Made by a program: the position numbers and the translations under genes. 64,000 bases of DNA from Solirubrobacteraceae bacterium. GTDB taxonomy: Bacteria; Actinomycetota; Thermoleophilia; Solirubrobacterales; Solirubrobacteraceae. How positions within the stretch are numbered: the first letter of the stretch is position 1; every line of letters starts with the position of its first letter. Of the stretch, positions 9,501 through 19,625 are shown piece after piece. The stretch covers positions 46,869 through 110,868 of the forward strand of contig DASXZB010000013.1 of NCBI GenBank assembly GCA_036502145.1, written 5' to 3'. The notes beneath the pieces are model-generated. The model did not search any database. It saw only the letters and a program-made list of their open reading frames with translations, and was not told the DNA's origin.

Positions 9501-11006
9501 GTGGATGAACCGGCCCCGCACGAGCTCGGCACCGGCGACCTGGAGGAGTTCCGGCGCTCCGGGCACGCGCTCATCGATGCCATCGCCGACCACCTCGCCG
9601 CACTGCCGGCGCGGCCGGTTTGGGAGCCGGTGCCGGACAACCTGCGCGAGGAGCTGCTCTCCCAGCCGCTGCCCGGCGAGCTGACCGGGCTCGGTGCGCT
9701 CGCCGGCACGATGGCGCGCGACGTGCTGCCCTACGCGATGGGCAACGGCCACCCGGCCTTTTTCGGCTGGGTTAATTCCCCACCGTCGCTGGCCGGAGTG
9801 CTGGCCTCCCTGACGGCGGCGGCGATGAACCCCAGCGTGGTGTCCGGCGACCACGCCGACGTGTACCTGGAGCGGGCCGTGGTCCGCTGGCTGGCCGAGC
9901 TGGTCGGCTACCCGCACGCTCCCGGCGCCGGTCTGCTCACCAGCGGCGCCTCGGCCGCGACCATTGTCTGCCTGGCCGGGGCCCGCGGCCGTGCCGTCGC
10001 CGCGGCCGGCGGCGACGTGCGCCGCGACGGCGTGGCGCCAGGCCCGGCTCTGATCTCCTACGTGCCGTCCGAGGCGCACAGCTGCGTGTTGCGCGCCATC
10101 GAACTACTCGGGCTCGGCCGCGAGTCGATCCGGCCGGTGCCCTTGCTGGGCGGGCGCCTCGACGCCGACGCGCTGCGCGCCGCGATCGCGGCCGACCGTG
10201 GCGCCGGACGGACGCCCGCGCTGCTGGTTGGCTCGGCGGGCACCGTCAACACGGGCGCGATAGACCCGCTCGAGACGCTCGCCGAGGTCGCCGCCGCCGA
10301 GGGCCTGTGGTACCACGTTGACGGTGCCTACGGCGCCTTCGGCGTGCTCGATCCGGCGATCGCGCAGCGCTATCGGGGCATGGAGCGCGCGGACTCGATG
10401 ACGCTGGATCCGCACAAGTGGCTCGGTGTTCCCGTCGACGCCGGCTGCGCGCTGGTTCGCCGCGGCGATGATCTGCGCGAGGCCTTCAGCATGGTCGCGC
10501 CGTATCTGCGCCAGGGCGCGGGCAGCGAGGTGGGCGCGTTCGGCGAGTACGGCCTGGAGCAGACCCGGCCGTTTCGCGCCCTGAAGACGTGGGCCACGAT
10601 CGCCGCCCGCGGCCGCGACGGAATCGTCGCCCAGGTCAGGCGCGCCAACGCTCTGGCCCGCAGGCTCGCGGCGCTGGTCGAGCAAGAGCCCGGACTGCAG
10701 CTCGCGGCCGCGCCCGAGACGTCGATCGTGGCCTTCCGGGCCCGACCGCCCGGCTGTCCCCCGGAACGCCTGGAGGCGCTGAACCGCGCGCTGCCCGAAG
10801 CCGTCCAGGCCCGCGGGCGGGCGTTCGTCACCGGCACGGTCTACGACGGGCAGGAGACCCTGCGGGCCTGCGTCCTGCACCCGGGCACGACCGAGGCCGA
10901 CCTGGCAACTCTCGTCGCGGAGGTGGTCGCCGCCGCGGCGGAACTATTAGGCGCCGTCTCGCATCGCGATCAATCCGCCGAGCGTCCCCAGGTACTCGAC
11001 GCCTGA
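9501..11006 (+). CDS. Group II PLP-dependent decarboxylase
   Basis: HPAFFGW, SAGTVNTGAID, HVDGAYG, DPHKW (PLP lysine). TATGCT 6 nt before the GTG suggests a leaderless transcript. Confidence 0.9.
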   Translation: MDEPAPHELGTGDLEEFRRSGHALIDAIADHLAALPARPVWEPVPDNLREELLSQPLPGELTGLGALAGTMARDVLPYAMGNGHPAFFGWVNSPPSLAGVLASLTAAAMNPSVVSGDHADVYLERAVVRWLAELVGYPHAPGAGLLTSGASAATIVCLAGARGRAVAAAGGDVRRDGVAPGPALISYVPSEAHSCVLRAIELLGLGRESIRPVPLLGGRLDADALRAAIAADRGAGRTPALLVGSAGTVNTGAIDPLETLAEVAAAEGLWYHVDGAYGAFGVLDPAIAQRYRGMERADSMTLDPHKWLGVPVDAGCALVRRGDDLREAFSMVAPYLRQGAGSEVGAFGEYGLEQTRPFRALKTWATIAARGRDGIVAQVRRANALARRLAALVEQEPGLQLAAAPETSIVAFRARPPGCPPERLEALNRALPEAVQARGRAFVTGTVYDGQETLRACVLHPGTTEADLATLVAEVVAAAAELLGAVSHRDQSAERPQVLDA

Positions 11007-12503
11007 CCGGCTGAGCGCGATCCCGGCGTAATTGTTGTTGTAGCCCAGCCCGGTCCCGGCCAGCTGCTGGTAGACGACGCGCCCGGTGCGGACGTCAAGC
11101 GCGGTCCAGTACCAGGGGTCAGAGCTGCCCGGGCCCTTGGTGTAGGTGTAGATCAGGCCGGCCCCAATCGACAGCTTGGGCACCACGGTGGGGGCGGCCA
11201 CGCTCGAGTTGGTCCATACGAGACGGCAGCCCGTTCCCTGCGCGTTGATGTCGACGCGGGCAAAGCCCGGCGTGGTGACGCCACCGTTCTCGACCGCGGT
11301 CGGGCCGGTGTAGCCGTAGTTGTTCTCGACGATTATCGAGCGTCCGGCGACCAGCAGCGAGTTCTCGGTGTCACTGGTGCCGCGCTTGAACACCGGCACC
11401 TTGCAGACCATCCGCGGCAGCGCGAGCTTGCGCACATGGCCATGCCGGCGCACCCGCTTCACCGGGTGCACCGCGGTCCGGTAGACGACGACGTCCATGG
11501 GGTCGGCGTTGTCGGTGATGCTCACGTAGCCGCCCTGCATCATCGTCGGGGTGGTGCCGGTCCCGTCGTCGACCTGTCCCGGCTTGGTCTCGAAGCTGTT
11601 GGGGTAGCGGGCCTGCCAGCTGATCTTCGGCGCTCCATTCTTACCGGCTATGAAGCGGTACATCTTGCGGTTCGACGCGATGTAGACGCCACCACCGGCA
11701 CCGCTGGCGAACGAGTTCTCGATCTCCCCCACTGAGCCGCGCCCGACCTTCATCGTGTGGACCGCCCGGGTGGCGAGGTTCAAGGTGGCGACCACGCCGT
11801 CGGTCTTGGTCACGAACCACAACAGGCCGTTTGAGTCCGGCAGCGCCGAGGTGATCTCCTCCGAGGCGCTGAGCACGCCGGCGAGGTCGTAGTCGCCGAC
11901 CTGGGTGAAGCCGGCACCGCCGGGGGCCTCGGCGATCACATAGATGTGGTGTGTGGTGGTGGCGGTCACCACCCGGTCGTGGGAGTCCAGGTAGAAGTAG
12001 CCGCCGCTGCCGAAGTCCTGGAAGATCGAGCCGCTGGGCAGGCTCTGGCGCGGGGGCAGCATGAAGGTCGCCAGCGTGGCCAGCGTGTCCGGATCGAACA
12101 TGTACAGCTCGGGCCCGGTGGCCCCGACGCAGATCGAGATCAGGCGGCCCCGGGAGTCGAAGGCGATGCTGCCGCAGTCGCGGGTCAGCAGCGTCGAGGA
12201 CAACGACGGTGAACGGCCCAGCGGACCCGGCCACGTGTAGGCGTCGCTCTGCCAGGCGTCATTATGGATCTCAGACTCGCCATTCGGCGCCATGAAGCGG
12301 TTCTGCGGCGTGGCGGGGATGCCGCTGAGCGGGTTGACCTTGGCCGGGGACCCGATGTACGAGGGCTGGGTCGGCAGGGACGGGATCGGCGCGGCCGGAA
12401 TCGGCGGCAGCGGCAACGGCGGGATCGCTGCGCCTACGAACGCCGGAGCCGCCAGCAACGCTGACACGACCGCGACAATCAGATAACCGGTGTAACGCCT
12501 CAA
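10947..12503 (-). CDS. Secreted beta-rich (propeller-like) hypothetical protein
   Basis: Signal peptide followed by a Pro-rich linker; repeated short beta motifs; 3' end overlaps the convergent decarboxylase by 60 bp. Confidence 0.75.
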   Translation of the reverse strand: MRRYTGYLIVAVVSALLAAPAFVGAAIPPLPLPPIPAAPIPSLPTQPSYIGSPAKVNPLSGIPATPQNRFMAPNGESEIHNDAWQSDAYTWPGPLGRSPSLSSTLLTRDCGSIAFDSRGRLISICVGATGPELYMFDPDTLATLATFMLPPRQSLPSGSIFQDFGSGGYFYLDSHDRVVTATTTHHIYVIAEAPGGAGFTQVGDYDLAGVLSASEEITSALPDSNGLLWFVTKTDGVVATLNLATRAVHTMKVGRGSVGEIENSFASGAGGGVYIASNRKMYRFIAGKNGAPKISWQARYPNSFETKPGQVDDGTGTTPTMMQGGYVSITDNADPMDVVVYRTAVHPVKRVRRHGHVRKLALPRMVCKVPVFKRGTSDTENSLLVAGRSIIVENNYGYTGPTAVENGGVTTPGFARVDINAQGTGCRLVWTNSSVAAPTVVPKLSIGAGLIYTYTKGPGSSDPWYWTALDVRTGRVVYQQLAGTGLGYNNNYAGIALSRSGVEYLGTLGGLIAMRDGA

Positions 12504-12512
12504 GGCCGCGGA

Positions 12513-13826
12513 TCATAGGCGACCGGCTTCACGCCGGAGCAGGTCCCAGGCCCGGCGCACGTCATCCAGGCCCGTGGTCTGCTGGCCGATCGCCAGCCGC
12601 AGCACGTAGCGTCCGGCCAGCGCCGCGTGCGAGATGAAGATCTCCCCGCCGGCGTTGACTCGCTCCAGCAGCGCCTGGTTGCGCTCGTCGTCGCCGGCCG
12701 ACCGGAAGCACACCGTCGAGAACAGGCGCGGCGCGCACAGCTCCCATTGCGGGTCGGCGAGCACCCAGCCCTCGAACTGCTCGGCCAGCGCCACCCCGCT
12801 TCGGATGTGCTCCTGCAACCCGCGACGCCCGTGGCAACGCAGCACCGCCCACAGCTTCAGGGCCCGGAAGCGTCGTCCCAGCGCCGGTCCGTACTCGCTC
12901 AGCGACAGCGAGTCCTCGGCGTCGGGGGTGCGCAGGAACTCCGGCACCAGGCTGAACGCGGCTCGGAAGTCCTGCGGGCGCTTGGTCCACAGCAGCGAGC
13001 AGTCCATCGGCGTCAGCATCCACTTGTGGGCGTTGACCACCACCGAGTCGGCCCGGTCCACGCCGGCGAAGGCCCAGCGAAACTCGGGGCAGACCATCGC
13101 GGTGCCGGCGTAGGCGGCGTCGACGTGCAACCAGGCGCCGGCCGCGGCGCAGGCGTCGGCGATCGCCGGCACCGGATCGACCGAGGTGCTGGCGGTGGTC
13201 CCCACCGTCGCAACCACCACCGCGCATCGAGACAGGTCGCCGAGCTCGTCCACGCGCAGCCTGAACTGCGAATCGGAGGGGACCTTGCGCAGCCGCATGC
13301 CCAGCATCCGGGCCGCCTTGTCGGCCGCCGAGTGGGCGTGCTCGGAGCACACGATCTCGTCACGGCCGGTGGCCCCTCGCGCGGCGATGATCGAGGCCAG
13401 TGTCGCCGTCGAGGCGGTGTCCTCGATGTGGCCGTGCCAGCCCTCGGGCAACCCCAGCAGCTGGGCGGTCCAGTCGAGCACCACACCCTCGAGCTCGGTC
13501 GCCGCCGGCGCCGTGCGCCACAGGAAGGCCACCGAGTTCAGCGTCGCCGCCAGCAGCTCGGCCAGGATCCCGGGTGGCGAAGCCGACGTGGCGAAGTAGG
13601 CGAAGTACCGGGGGTGCTGCCAGTGCGTGATTCCCGGCAGCAGGATCTCGTCGAGGTCACGCAGGATCGCCGAGAACGGCTCCCCCTCCTCGGGCGCGGC
13701 ATCGGGCAGCGCTGCCCTGATGTCCCCCGGCGCCACCTGGGCCAGCACCGGCAGCTCGCCCACCCGCTCCAGATACGAGGCCGCCCACTCCAGCGCGGCG
13801 GCGCCATCGGAGCGCAGATCGGTCAA
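12513..13826 (-). CDS. Aromatic-L-amino-acid decarboxylase family (group II PLP)
   Basis: PGITHWQHPRYFAYF, PAATELE, HVDAAYAG, NAHKW, LGRRFRALKLW. Confidence 0.92.
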   Translation of the reverse strand: MTDLRSDGAAALEWAASYLERVGELPVLAQVAPGDIRAALPDAAPEEGEPFSAILRDLDEILLPGITHWQHPRYFAYFATSASPPGILAELLAATLNSVAFLWRTAPAATELEGVVLDWTAQLLGLPEGWHGHIEDTASTATLASIIAARGATGRDEIVCSEHAHSAADKAARMLGMRLRKVPSDSQFRLRVDELGDLSRCAVVVATVGTTASTSVDPVPAIADACAAAGAWLHVDAAYAGTAMVCPEFRWAFAGVDRADSVVVNAHKWMLTPMDCSLLWTKRPQDFRAAFSLVPEFLRTPDAEDSLSLSEYGPALGRRFRALKLWAVLRCHGRRGLQEHIRSGVALAEQFEGWVLADPQWELCAPRLFSTVCFRSAGDDERNQALLERVNAGGEIFISHAALAGRYVLRLAIGQQTTGLDDVRRAWDLLRREAGRL

Positions 13827-13833
13827 GCGCCGC

Positions 13834-14742
13834 TCAGCCTTCCGTCCGGCGCCGGATCGACTCCGAGTAGGCGGCGGGGCGAAACCGCAGCACCGGGTCG
13901 GCGGTGCACTCGATCCCCTCGGTCACCCGCGAGGGGTCGAACACCAGCAGGTCGTTGCCCTGCTCGCGCTCGGTGTCGGGCCCGGTGATCTTGAGCGCCC
14001 CCACCGTCAGGCGTTTGCGCTCCTTGGGCCACGACGCGCTGGGATCGTCGACGGGGTCGTCGGAGCCGGCGATCTGGACCTCCAGCGAGAACAGGACCGG
14101 CTCGGCCGCCGCTCGCGAGACGATCTCCTGCTGCAGGTAGTCGCGCTCGCGCCGGCGAGCCGCCCAGGGCGACAGCCGGGCGACTCCGGCCGCGGGGCGG
14201 AGCTTGTAGCGGACATGGCGCTCCCCGCCCCCGGCGTCGATCCACCTGAACGCGTGCAGGCCGTAGTAGGGAATCGTCGCGTAGCTCGCCGGCGCCCGGA
14301 GCGTCGGCGCCAGGGCCGGGAGGACCCCGATCGTCTCCGGGTGGCGCGCCAGAAACACCGGCAGCCTCCACGCCGCCGCCGGACCGGCCAGAGCCTTCAG
14401 CAGCTCCACGAACCCCTCCGGTGTGCGGGTCGGAAACCGCGGCGACGAGACCGCCACGATGTCCGTGCGCGATCCGTCGGGGAGGTAGAACTTGACCGCC
14501 AGCCCGCGGGGATCGGGCGCCCAATCGGGGTGGCCGGGGTCACCGGAGCCGTTTGAGAACCGCACCGTGACTGGCACCTCGGGTCCCTGCATGTGGGGCG
14601 CGCAGGTCAGCGACGAGGCGTCGGCGGTCGGAGTGAAGGTGCCGGTGAGGACCACGCCCTTGGCGTGCAGGGCGCGGTGGCCCGGATGGGACCCGAAGAC
14701 CTCGTTGGCGGTGTCGACGGCCTGCTCGGGCGTGAGCGCCAT
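13834..14742 (-). CDS. Catalase-related heme peroxidase (SrpA-like)
   Basis: RALHAKG distal His, VRFSNG, R-x3-Y proximal Tyr (RPAAYSES). Confidence 0.88.
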   Translation of the reverse strand: MALTPEQAVDTANEVFGSHPGHRALHAKGVVLTGTFTPTADASSLTCAPHMQGPEVPVTVRFSNGSGDPGHPDWAPDPRGLAVKFYLPDGSRTDIVAVSSPRFPTRTPEGFVELLKALAGPAAAWRLPVFLARHPETIGVLPALAPTLRAPASYATIPYYGLHAFRWIDAGGGERHVRYKLRPAAGVARLSPWAARRRERDYLQQEIVSRAAAEPVLFSLEVQIAGSDDPVDDPSASWPKERKRLTVGALKITGPDTEREQGNDLLVFDPSRVTEGIECTADPVLRFRPAAYSESIRRRTEG

Positions 14743-14746
14743 CTGG

Positions 14747-15934
14747 CTAGGACACGACCCCGAACTTGATCCCGGCCGCCTGCAGGCGGTCGATCAGCGA
14801 CTGGCCCATGGCGACGGCCGGAGTGAGCTGGCCGGCCCGCTCGGGAAGTGAGTCCTGGGCCATACAGAGCGCCGACTCGCCGAGCATCTTGGACGTCTCG
14901 CCGTAGCCGGGATCGCCGCCGCTGACCTCGGTGACCAGCTCCCGATCGGCGCCGTTTGCGCCCGGGCGCGCGATGAAGCGGACCTTGAACCACGCCTTCT
15001 GGCGCTGCTCGGGACTCGGCCCGTCGCCGGGATCCTTGAGCTTCAGCAGCAGGTTGCGGGTCGGCGGCAGCTGCGCAAGCGCGACCAGGGTGCCGGCACC
15101 GGCCGCGAACCCGCACACCATCGGCAGGCGCTTGAGCACCAGGTAGTGGCTGTAGGCGAAATCCGGTCCGTAGCGGTCCAGCGCCCGCGCGGACCTCAGC
15201 ACCGTCTGGGGGTCGATGGTCGGAAAGGGGACCACCCAGCCGCCGGCCTCCGGGACATCGTGCGGACGGCCGGTGACCCCGCGCACCCGGCGGTGCTCGG
15301 GACGCGGCTCCAGCCTGCGACGCTCCCGGGCCACCGCGGCGCCCTGGCGCAGCCGGCCCATGATGTGGACCGCGGAGTGGTAGGTGCCGCCGGAGAAGGT
15401 GCCGCCGGCGCGAACGAACCCCTCGATCGACAGCGGCGCATCCTCGGGGAGCTGCTGCACGGTGTAGAGCACCCCGAGGTCGTAGGGGATCGAGTCAAAG
15501 CCACAGGAGTGCACCAGCCGGGCGCCCGTCTGCTCGGCCTGACCGTGGTAGCGAAGCCACATCAGGTCGACGAACTCGGGCTCGCCGGTCAGGTCAACGT
15601 AGTCGGTCCCGGCGGCCGCGCAGGCAGCCACGACCCCCTCGCCGTAGTGGATGTAGGGACCGACGGTGCTGATCACCACCTTGGTCGACTCGGCCATCGC
15701 CCGCAGCGACGCCGGGTCGGTGGCGTCGGCGCCGATCAGCGGCAGCTTGGCCAGCGTGGGGTCGACCGTCGCCAGCCGGTCACGGATCGCCTCGAGCTTG
15801 CTCTGGTTTCGCCCGGCCAGCGCCCAGCGCAGCTCGCCCTCACGGCGGGCCAGGTACTCGGCGGTCAGCGCCCCGGTGAACCCGGTGGCGCCGTAGACGA
15901 CCACCTCGTGCTCGCGCTCTGAGCGCTCAGCCAT
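14747..15934 (-). CDS. Saccharopine dehydrogenase-like oxidoreductase / trans-acting enoyl reductase family
   Basis: VYGATGFTG, ALAGRN, STVGPY, YVDLTGE, CGFDSIP, GDPGYGET. Confidence 0.9.
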   Translation of the reverse strand: MAERSEREHEVVVYGATGFTGALTAEYLARREGELRWALAGRNQSKLEAIRDRLATVDPTLAKLPLIGADATDPASLRAMAESTKVVISTVGPYIHYGEGVVAACAAAGTDYVDLTGEPEFVDLMWLRYHGQAEQTGARLVHSCGFDSIPYDLGVLYTVQQLPEDAPLSIEGFVRAGGTFSGGTYHSAVHIMGRLRQGAAVARERRRLEPRPEHRRVRGVTGRPHDVPEAGGWVVPFPTIDPQTVLRSARALDRYGPDFAYSHYLVLKRLPMVCGFAAGAGTLVALAQLPPTRNLLLKLKDPGDGPSPEQRQKAWFKVRFIARPGANGADRELVTEVSGGDPGYGETSKMLGESALCMAQDSLPERAGQLTPAVAMGQSLIDRLQAAGIKFGVVS

Positions 15935-15940
15935 TGGCGC

Positions 15941-16168
15941 TCACGTTCCGCCCGTGCTGGGACCGCCGACCTCCCGGGCGAGGGTCATCGCCTCCTCCAG
16001 GCTCACTCCGGCCTTGGCGGCCAGCCAGCAGGCCACCGGCGCGGCGATGCGCTCGGAGGAATGGGCGGCCTCCCCGGCCAGATCGAGAACTGCCTTGAGC
16101 TCGTCCTTGGTCGGGGGCGGGACCCCGAGCTTGTCGGCATAGGCGGCGAGCCAGTCAGGCGCGTTCAT
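15941..16168 (-). CDS. Small DUF6457-like protein
   Basis: W-L...VLDLAGEAAH..ERIAAPVACWL pattern; lies in the same operon. Confidence 0.65.
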   Translation of the reverse strand: MNAPDWLAAYADKLGVPPPTKDELKAVLDLAGEAAHSSERIAAPVACWLAAKAGVSLEEAMTLAREVGGPSTGGT

Positions 16169-16244
16169 CGGGCGCGCAGACTACCCGCATTCGCTGGCAA
16201 GATCCCGCCCGGTCAAATACGAACAACCAAAAAGGCGGTAGGAG

Positions 16245-17069
16245 ATGACAGTGCTCGACGACAAGGTCGCGATCGTCACCGGCTCGGCACGCGGGATCGG
16301 ACGGGCCACGGCCGAGCTGTTCGTCCAGCAGGGCGCGAAGGTGCTGATCAACGATCTCGACGGCGACGTCGCCGAGCAGACCTCGAACGAGATCGACGGC
16401 GACACGATCGTGTACGCCGGGGACCTCACCAAGCCCGGCGCTCCCGACGAGTTGGTCCAGAGGGTCATCGACGAGTGGGGCAAGGTCGACATCCTGGTCA
16501 ACAACGCCGGCTACACCCTCGACGCCCCGATCCACAAGATGAGCGACGAGTGGTTTCAGCGAATGCTCGACATCCACTCGGTGGTGCCGTTCCGGATGTG
16601 CCGGGCCGTGGCCCCCCACATGCGCGAGCCGGCCAAGCAGGAGCGCGACGAGGGCCGCGAGGTGTTTCGCAAGATCGTCAACGTCGCCTCGATCTCGGGG
16701 ACGATGGGCAACGCCGGCCAGGCCAACTACTCCTCGGGCAAGTCGGCGGTGGTCGGCCTGACCAAGACCCTGGCCAAGGAGTGGGGCCAGTTCAAGATCA
16801 ACGTCAACGCCGTCGCCTTCGGCTACATCGAGACCCGGCTGACGGCCACCAAGGAGGAGTCCAACACGATGGAGATCGGGGGCGAGAAGGTGCAGCTCGG
16901 AATCCCCGAGCAGATGCGCCAGATGGCCCCGATGCTGATTCCGCTGGCCCGCCCCGGCACCCCGCAGGAGGCCGCCGGCGGTGTTTTCCTGCTCTGCACG
17001 CCGTGGGCCAACTTCATCACCGGGCAGGTGCTGAGCATCACCGGCGGGCAATTCGGCGGGATGAGCTGA
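16245..17069 (+). CDS. SDR family oxidoreductase (3-oxoacyl-ACP/CoA reductase-like)
   Basis: TGSARGIG, NNAG, YSSGK catalytic motif. Confidence 0.92.
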   Translation: MTVLDDKVAIVTGSARGIGRATAELFVQQGAKVLINDLDGDVAEQTSNEIDGDTIVYAGDLTKPGAPDELVQRVIDEWGKVDILVNNAGYTLDAPIHKMSDEWFQRMLDIHSVVPFRMCRAVAPHMREPAKQERDEGREVFRKIVNVASISGTMGNAGQANYSSGKSAVVGLTKTLAKEWGQFKINVNAVAFGYIETRLTATKEESNTMEIGGEKVQLGIPEQMRQMAPMLIPLARPGTPQEAAGGVFLLCTPWANFITGQVLSITGGQFGGMS

Positions 17070-17082
17070 GCCCGGCCGCGAG

Positions 17083-18612
17083 CTACTGCTCGGTGGCGCC
17101 GGGCTCGTCCAACCGGGCCCGGCGCTGCAGCTCGTAGAGGTCGGCGCGGCTGCGGATGTACTGCGTGGCGGCATCGACCGGGGGCTGGTGGTCCCAAGGC
17201 GTGTAGCGGCCGCGGCGCAGCGCGTCCGAGACCACCCTGCGCTCACGCTGGCTGACCCGCACCCGCCGCTCGATGTCGGCGAGGTCGAGCTCGGCGTCCA
17301 GGGCGGCGTGCAGCTCGGCCTCCAGGGCGGGCGAGGAGCCGGCGAGGTTCTCCAGCTCACGGGGGTCGGAGTGCAGATCGAACAGGAGGTCGGGATCGCT
17401 GCCGGAGACGATCAGCTTGTGCCGGCCCGAGCGCACCATCGCCGAGGGCGCCTGCACCCCTTCGGCGTGGTACTCGGCGATCACCGGCCGGCGAACCGGC
17501 GGCGCCCGGTCCGACACCGCCGCGGCCAGGCTCACCCCGTCCAGACGCAGCCCGCCGTCGCCCAGGCCGGCCAGCGACAGCAGCGTCGGCGCGACGTCGA
17601 TCAGGGACACCGGCGGCGCCACCCGCCGCCCCACCCCACCCGGGCGCCGCACCACCAGCGGCACCCGCGCCGACTGCTCCAAGAACGACATCTTGTACCA
17701 GAGCCCCCGCTCGCCGAGCATCTCCCCGTGGTCGGCGCAGAACAGCACTGTGGTGCGCTGCGCCTGTCCGGAATCGCGCAGCGCCGCCAGCACCGCGCCG
17801 ACGCGCTCGTCGAGGTAGCTGATCGCCGCGTAGTAGGCGTGCCGGGCCCGCCGGATCTGCTCGGCAGTGAGCCCGGTTTCATCGACGCGGCACATCGCGC
17901 GCAACCGGCGGCTGTGGGGATCGGCCTCGTCCAGCGGGATCGCCGGGACGGCGGGCGGGTCGATGTCCTGGGGCCGGTAGCGCTCCCAGTAGCGGCGGGG
18001 GAGCTCCCAGGGGTCGTGCGGGCTGGTGAACGAGACGCACAGCAGGAACGGCTGCTCGGCCCGGTGGCGGGCGATGTCGAACAGCTTGCGGACGGCCACG
18101 AACGCGACCTCGTCGTCGTAGTCGGTCTGCATGCTCGAGGCGCAGATGCCGGGCGCCAGGACGCTCTCCATGGTGTGGTACCAGGGAAACGGCTGATCCA
18201 GCGGACGGTCCCAGTCCGGCGTCCAGTCGACATCGGCGGGATATATGTCGGTGGTCAGCCGCTCCTCGAAGCCGTGCAGCTGGTCGGGTCCGACGAAGTG
18301 CATCTTGCCGGCCAGCGCGGTGTGGTAGCCGGCCGCGCGCAGGGCGTGCACGAACGTGGGGGCGCCGGCGCGCAGCTCGGCGGCGTTGTCGTAGACCTCG
18401 ACCGAGGAGGCGTGGCGCCCGGTCAGCATCGCCGCCCGCGAGGGCGCGCACAGCGGATACGGGCAGTAGGCGCTGTCGAACACGGTGGCGTCGCGCGCCA
18501 GCTCGGTCAGCGCCGGCGCCTGCACCGCGGGGTGGCCGTAGAACGGCAGCCACGACGCTGCCAGCTGGTCGGCCATCAGGATCAGGAACGAGTCGGGCAC
18601 TTGGCGAGCCAT
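17083..18612 (-). CDS. betC: Choline-sulfatase
   Basis: ILMADQL, LCAPSR (formylglycine motif), GKMHFVGPDQLHGFEERLTTDIYPAD, DHGEMLGERGLWYKM. Start moved to ATG 18612. Confidence 0.9.
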   Translation of the reverse strand: MARQVPDSFLILMADQLAASWLPFYGHPAVQAPALTELARDATVFDSAYCPYPLCAPSRAAMLTGRHASSVEVYDNAAELRAGAPTFVHALRAAGYHTALAGKMHFVGPDQLHGFEERLTTDIYPADVDWTPDWDRPLDQPFPWYHTMESVLAPGICASSMQTDYDDEVAFVAVRKLFDIARHRAEQPFLLCVSFTSPHDPWELPRRYWERYRPQDIDPPAVPAIPLDEADPHSRRLRAMCRVDETGLTAEQIRRARHAYYAAISYLDERVGAVLAALRDSGQAQRTTVLFCADHGEMLGERGLWYKMSFLEQSARVPLVVRRPGGVGRRVAPPVSLIDVAPTLLSLAGLGDGGLRLDGVSLAAAVSDRAPPVRRPVIAEYHAEGVQAPSAMVRSGRHKLIVSGSDPDLLFDLHSDPRELENLAGSSPALEAELHAALDAELDLADIERRVRVSQRERRVVSDALRRGRYTPWDHQPPVDAATQYIRSRADLYELQRRARLDEPGATEQ

Positions 18613-18671
18613 GCGGATGCGGCGGCGGACACTAACGCCGGGCCGGTTCGGCGGCCAGCCCGCGCCGCGCG

Positions 18672-18780
18672 CGCAAACGTCCCAACCGACCGCAGCCAGC
18701 GGAGCGTTGGGACGTTTGCGGCCTCCCACTGCGCAAACGTCCCGACCGACCACAACCGGACGAGCGTTGGGACGTTTGCC
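18672..18780. repeat. Two tandem 60-bp-period palindromic units (REP/BIME-like)
   Basis: Unit 1: CGCAAACGTCCCAAC (18672-18686) and GTTGGGACGTTTGCG (18706-18720) form a perfect 15-bp inverted repeat. Unit 2 at 18732-18780 has near-identical arms and a partly diverged loop. Confidence 0.8.
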
Positions 18781-18830
18781 CGCCACGAAACGACCCCGGG
18801 TCCGCCGGGACGCTGTGTAGCCTCGCGCGC

Positions 18831-19604
18831 ATGGACCCGGCCCCGCCGCCCCGGCGCGGAGTGGACCCGGCCCCGCCGCCTGGGCGAGGGGATCCGCTGG
18901 TCGTGGCCCATCGGGGAGCCTGGACCGGGGCCCCGCAGAACTCCCTGGCGGCACTGGAGGCGGCGATCGACCTCGGCTGCGACATGGTCGAGATCGACGT
19001 GCGCCGGACCCGCGACCGCAAGCTCGTCGCCGTCCACGATCCGCGGATCGGCGGAACGCCGGTCGCCGCCCTCGACCACGCCCAGCTCAAGGCCCGCCTC
19101 ACACCCGGGCAGGCCCCGTCCCTGGCCGAGCTGCTGGAGCGCGCACAGGGCCGCATCACGCTCGACATCGAGCTCAAGGAGGACGGCTACGTCGAGCAGG
19201 TCAGCCGCGCCCTGGCCCGCCTGCCCACCGAGGGCTACGTGGTGACGTCGTTCCAGGCGCCGGCGCTGGCCGCACTACGCCGCGCCGCCCCCGCCACCCG
19301 CACCGGCCTGCTCCTGCGACCCACCTGGCACCCCGGCCTGGAGCGCCGAGTACACCAAAGCGGCGCTGACTTCCTGGCCCCGCACGCCCGACTGGCTCGC
19401 GCCGGCCTGCTGTCCTGGGCCGCCGACCGGGGCTTTCAACGCAGCTTCGTCTGGACCGTCAACAACCGGCGGGCGTTGCGCACGATGCTCAACCACCCCC
19501 GCGTGGCCGCGGTGATCACTGACCGCCCCGACCATGCATTGGCGCTGAGCGCGCTGCATCGGGAGGCTTTACATGAGGTTGACATGGCCGACAACCGGCT
19601 GTAG
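18831..19604 (+). CDS. Glycerophosphodiester phosphodiesterase
   Basis: VAHRGA, QNSLAA, EIDVRRTRD, VHD, DIELK, WTVN, ITDRP. Exact start uncertain because of a duplicated DPAPPP. Confidence 0.88.
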   Translation: MDPAPPPRRGVDPAPPPGRGDPLVVAHRGAWTGAPQNSLAALEAAIDLGCDMVEIDVRRTRDRKLVAVHDPRIGGTPVAALDHAQLKARLTPGQAPSLAELLERAQGRITLDIELKEDGYVEQVSRALARLPTEGYVVTSFQAPALAALRRAAPATRTGLLLRPTWHPGLERRVHQSGADFLAPHARLARAGLLSWAADRGFQRSFVWTVNNRRALRTMLNHPRVAAVITDRPDHALALSALHREALHEVDMADNRL

Positions 19605-19615
19605 GTTGTCGACCA
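19579..19615 (+). promoter_or_regulatory. Sigma70-type promoter with overlapping inverted repeat (candidate GntR operator)
   Basis: TTGACA (19579-84)-N17-TAGGTT (19602-07); GACAACC-N7-GGTTGTC at 19590-19610; TTGTCGACCA at 19606-19615. Confidence 0.65.
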
Positions 19616-19625
19616 GAGGGAGTAA

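Noticed and set aside
18672-18780. Possible CRISPR array
   Set aside because: Only two units, the loops resemble each other rather than being unique spacers, and there are no cas genes.
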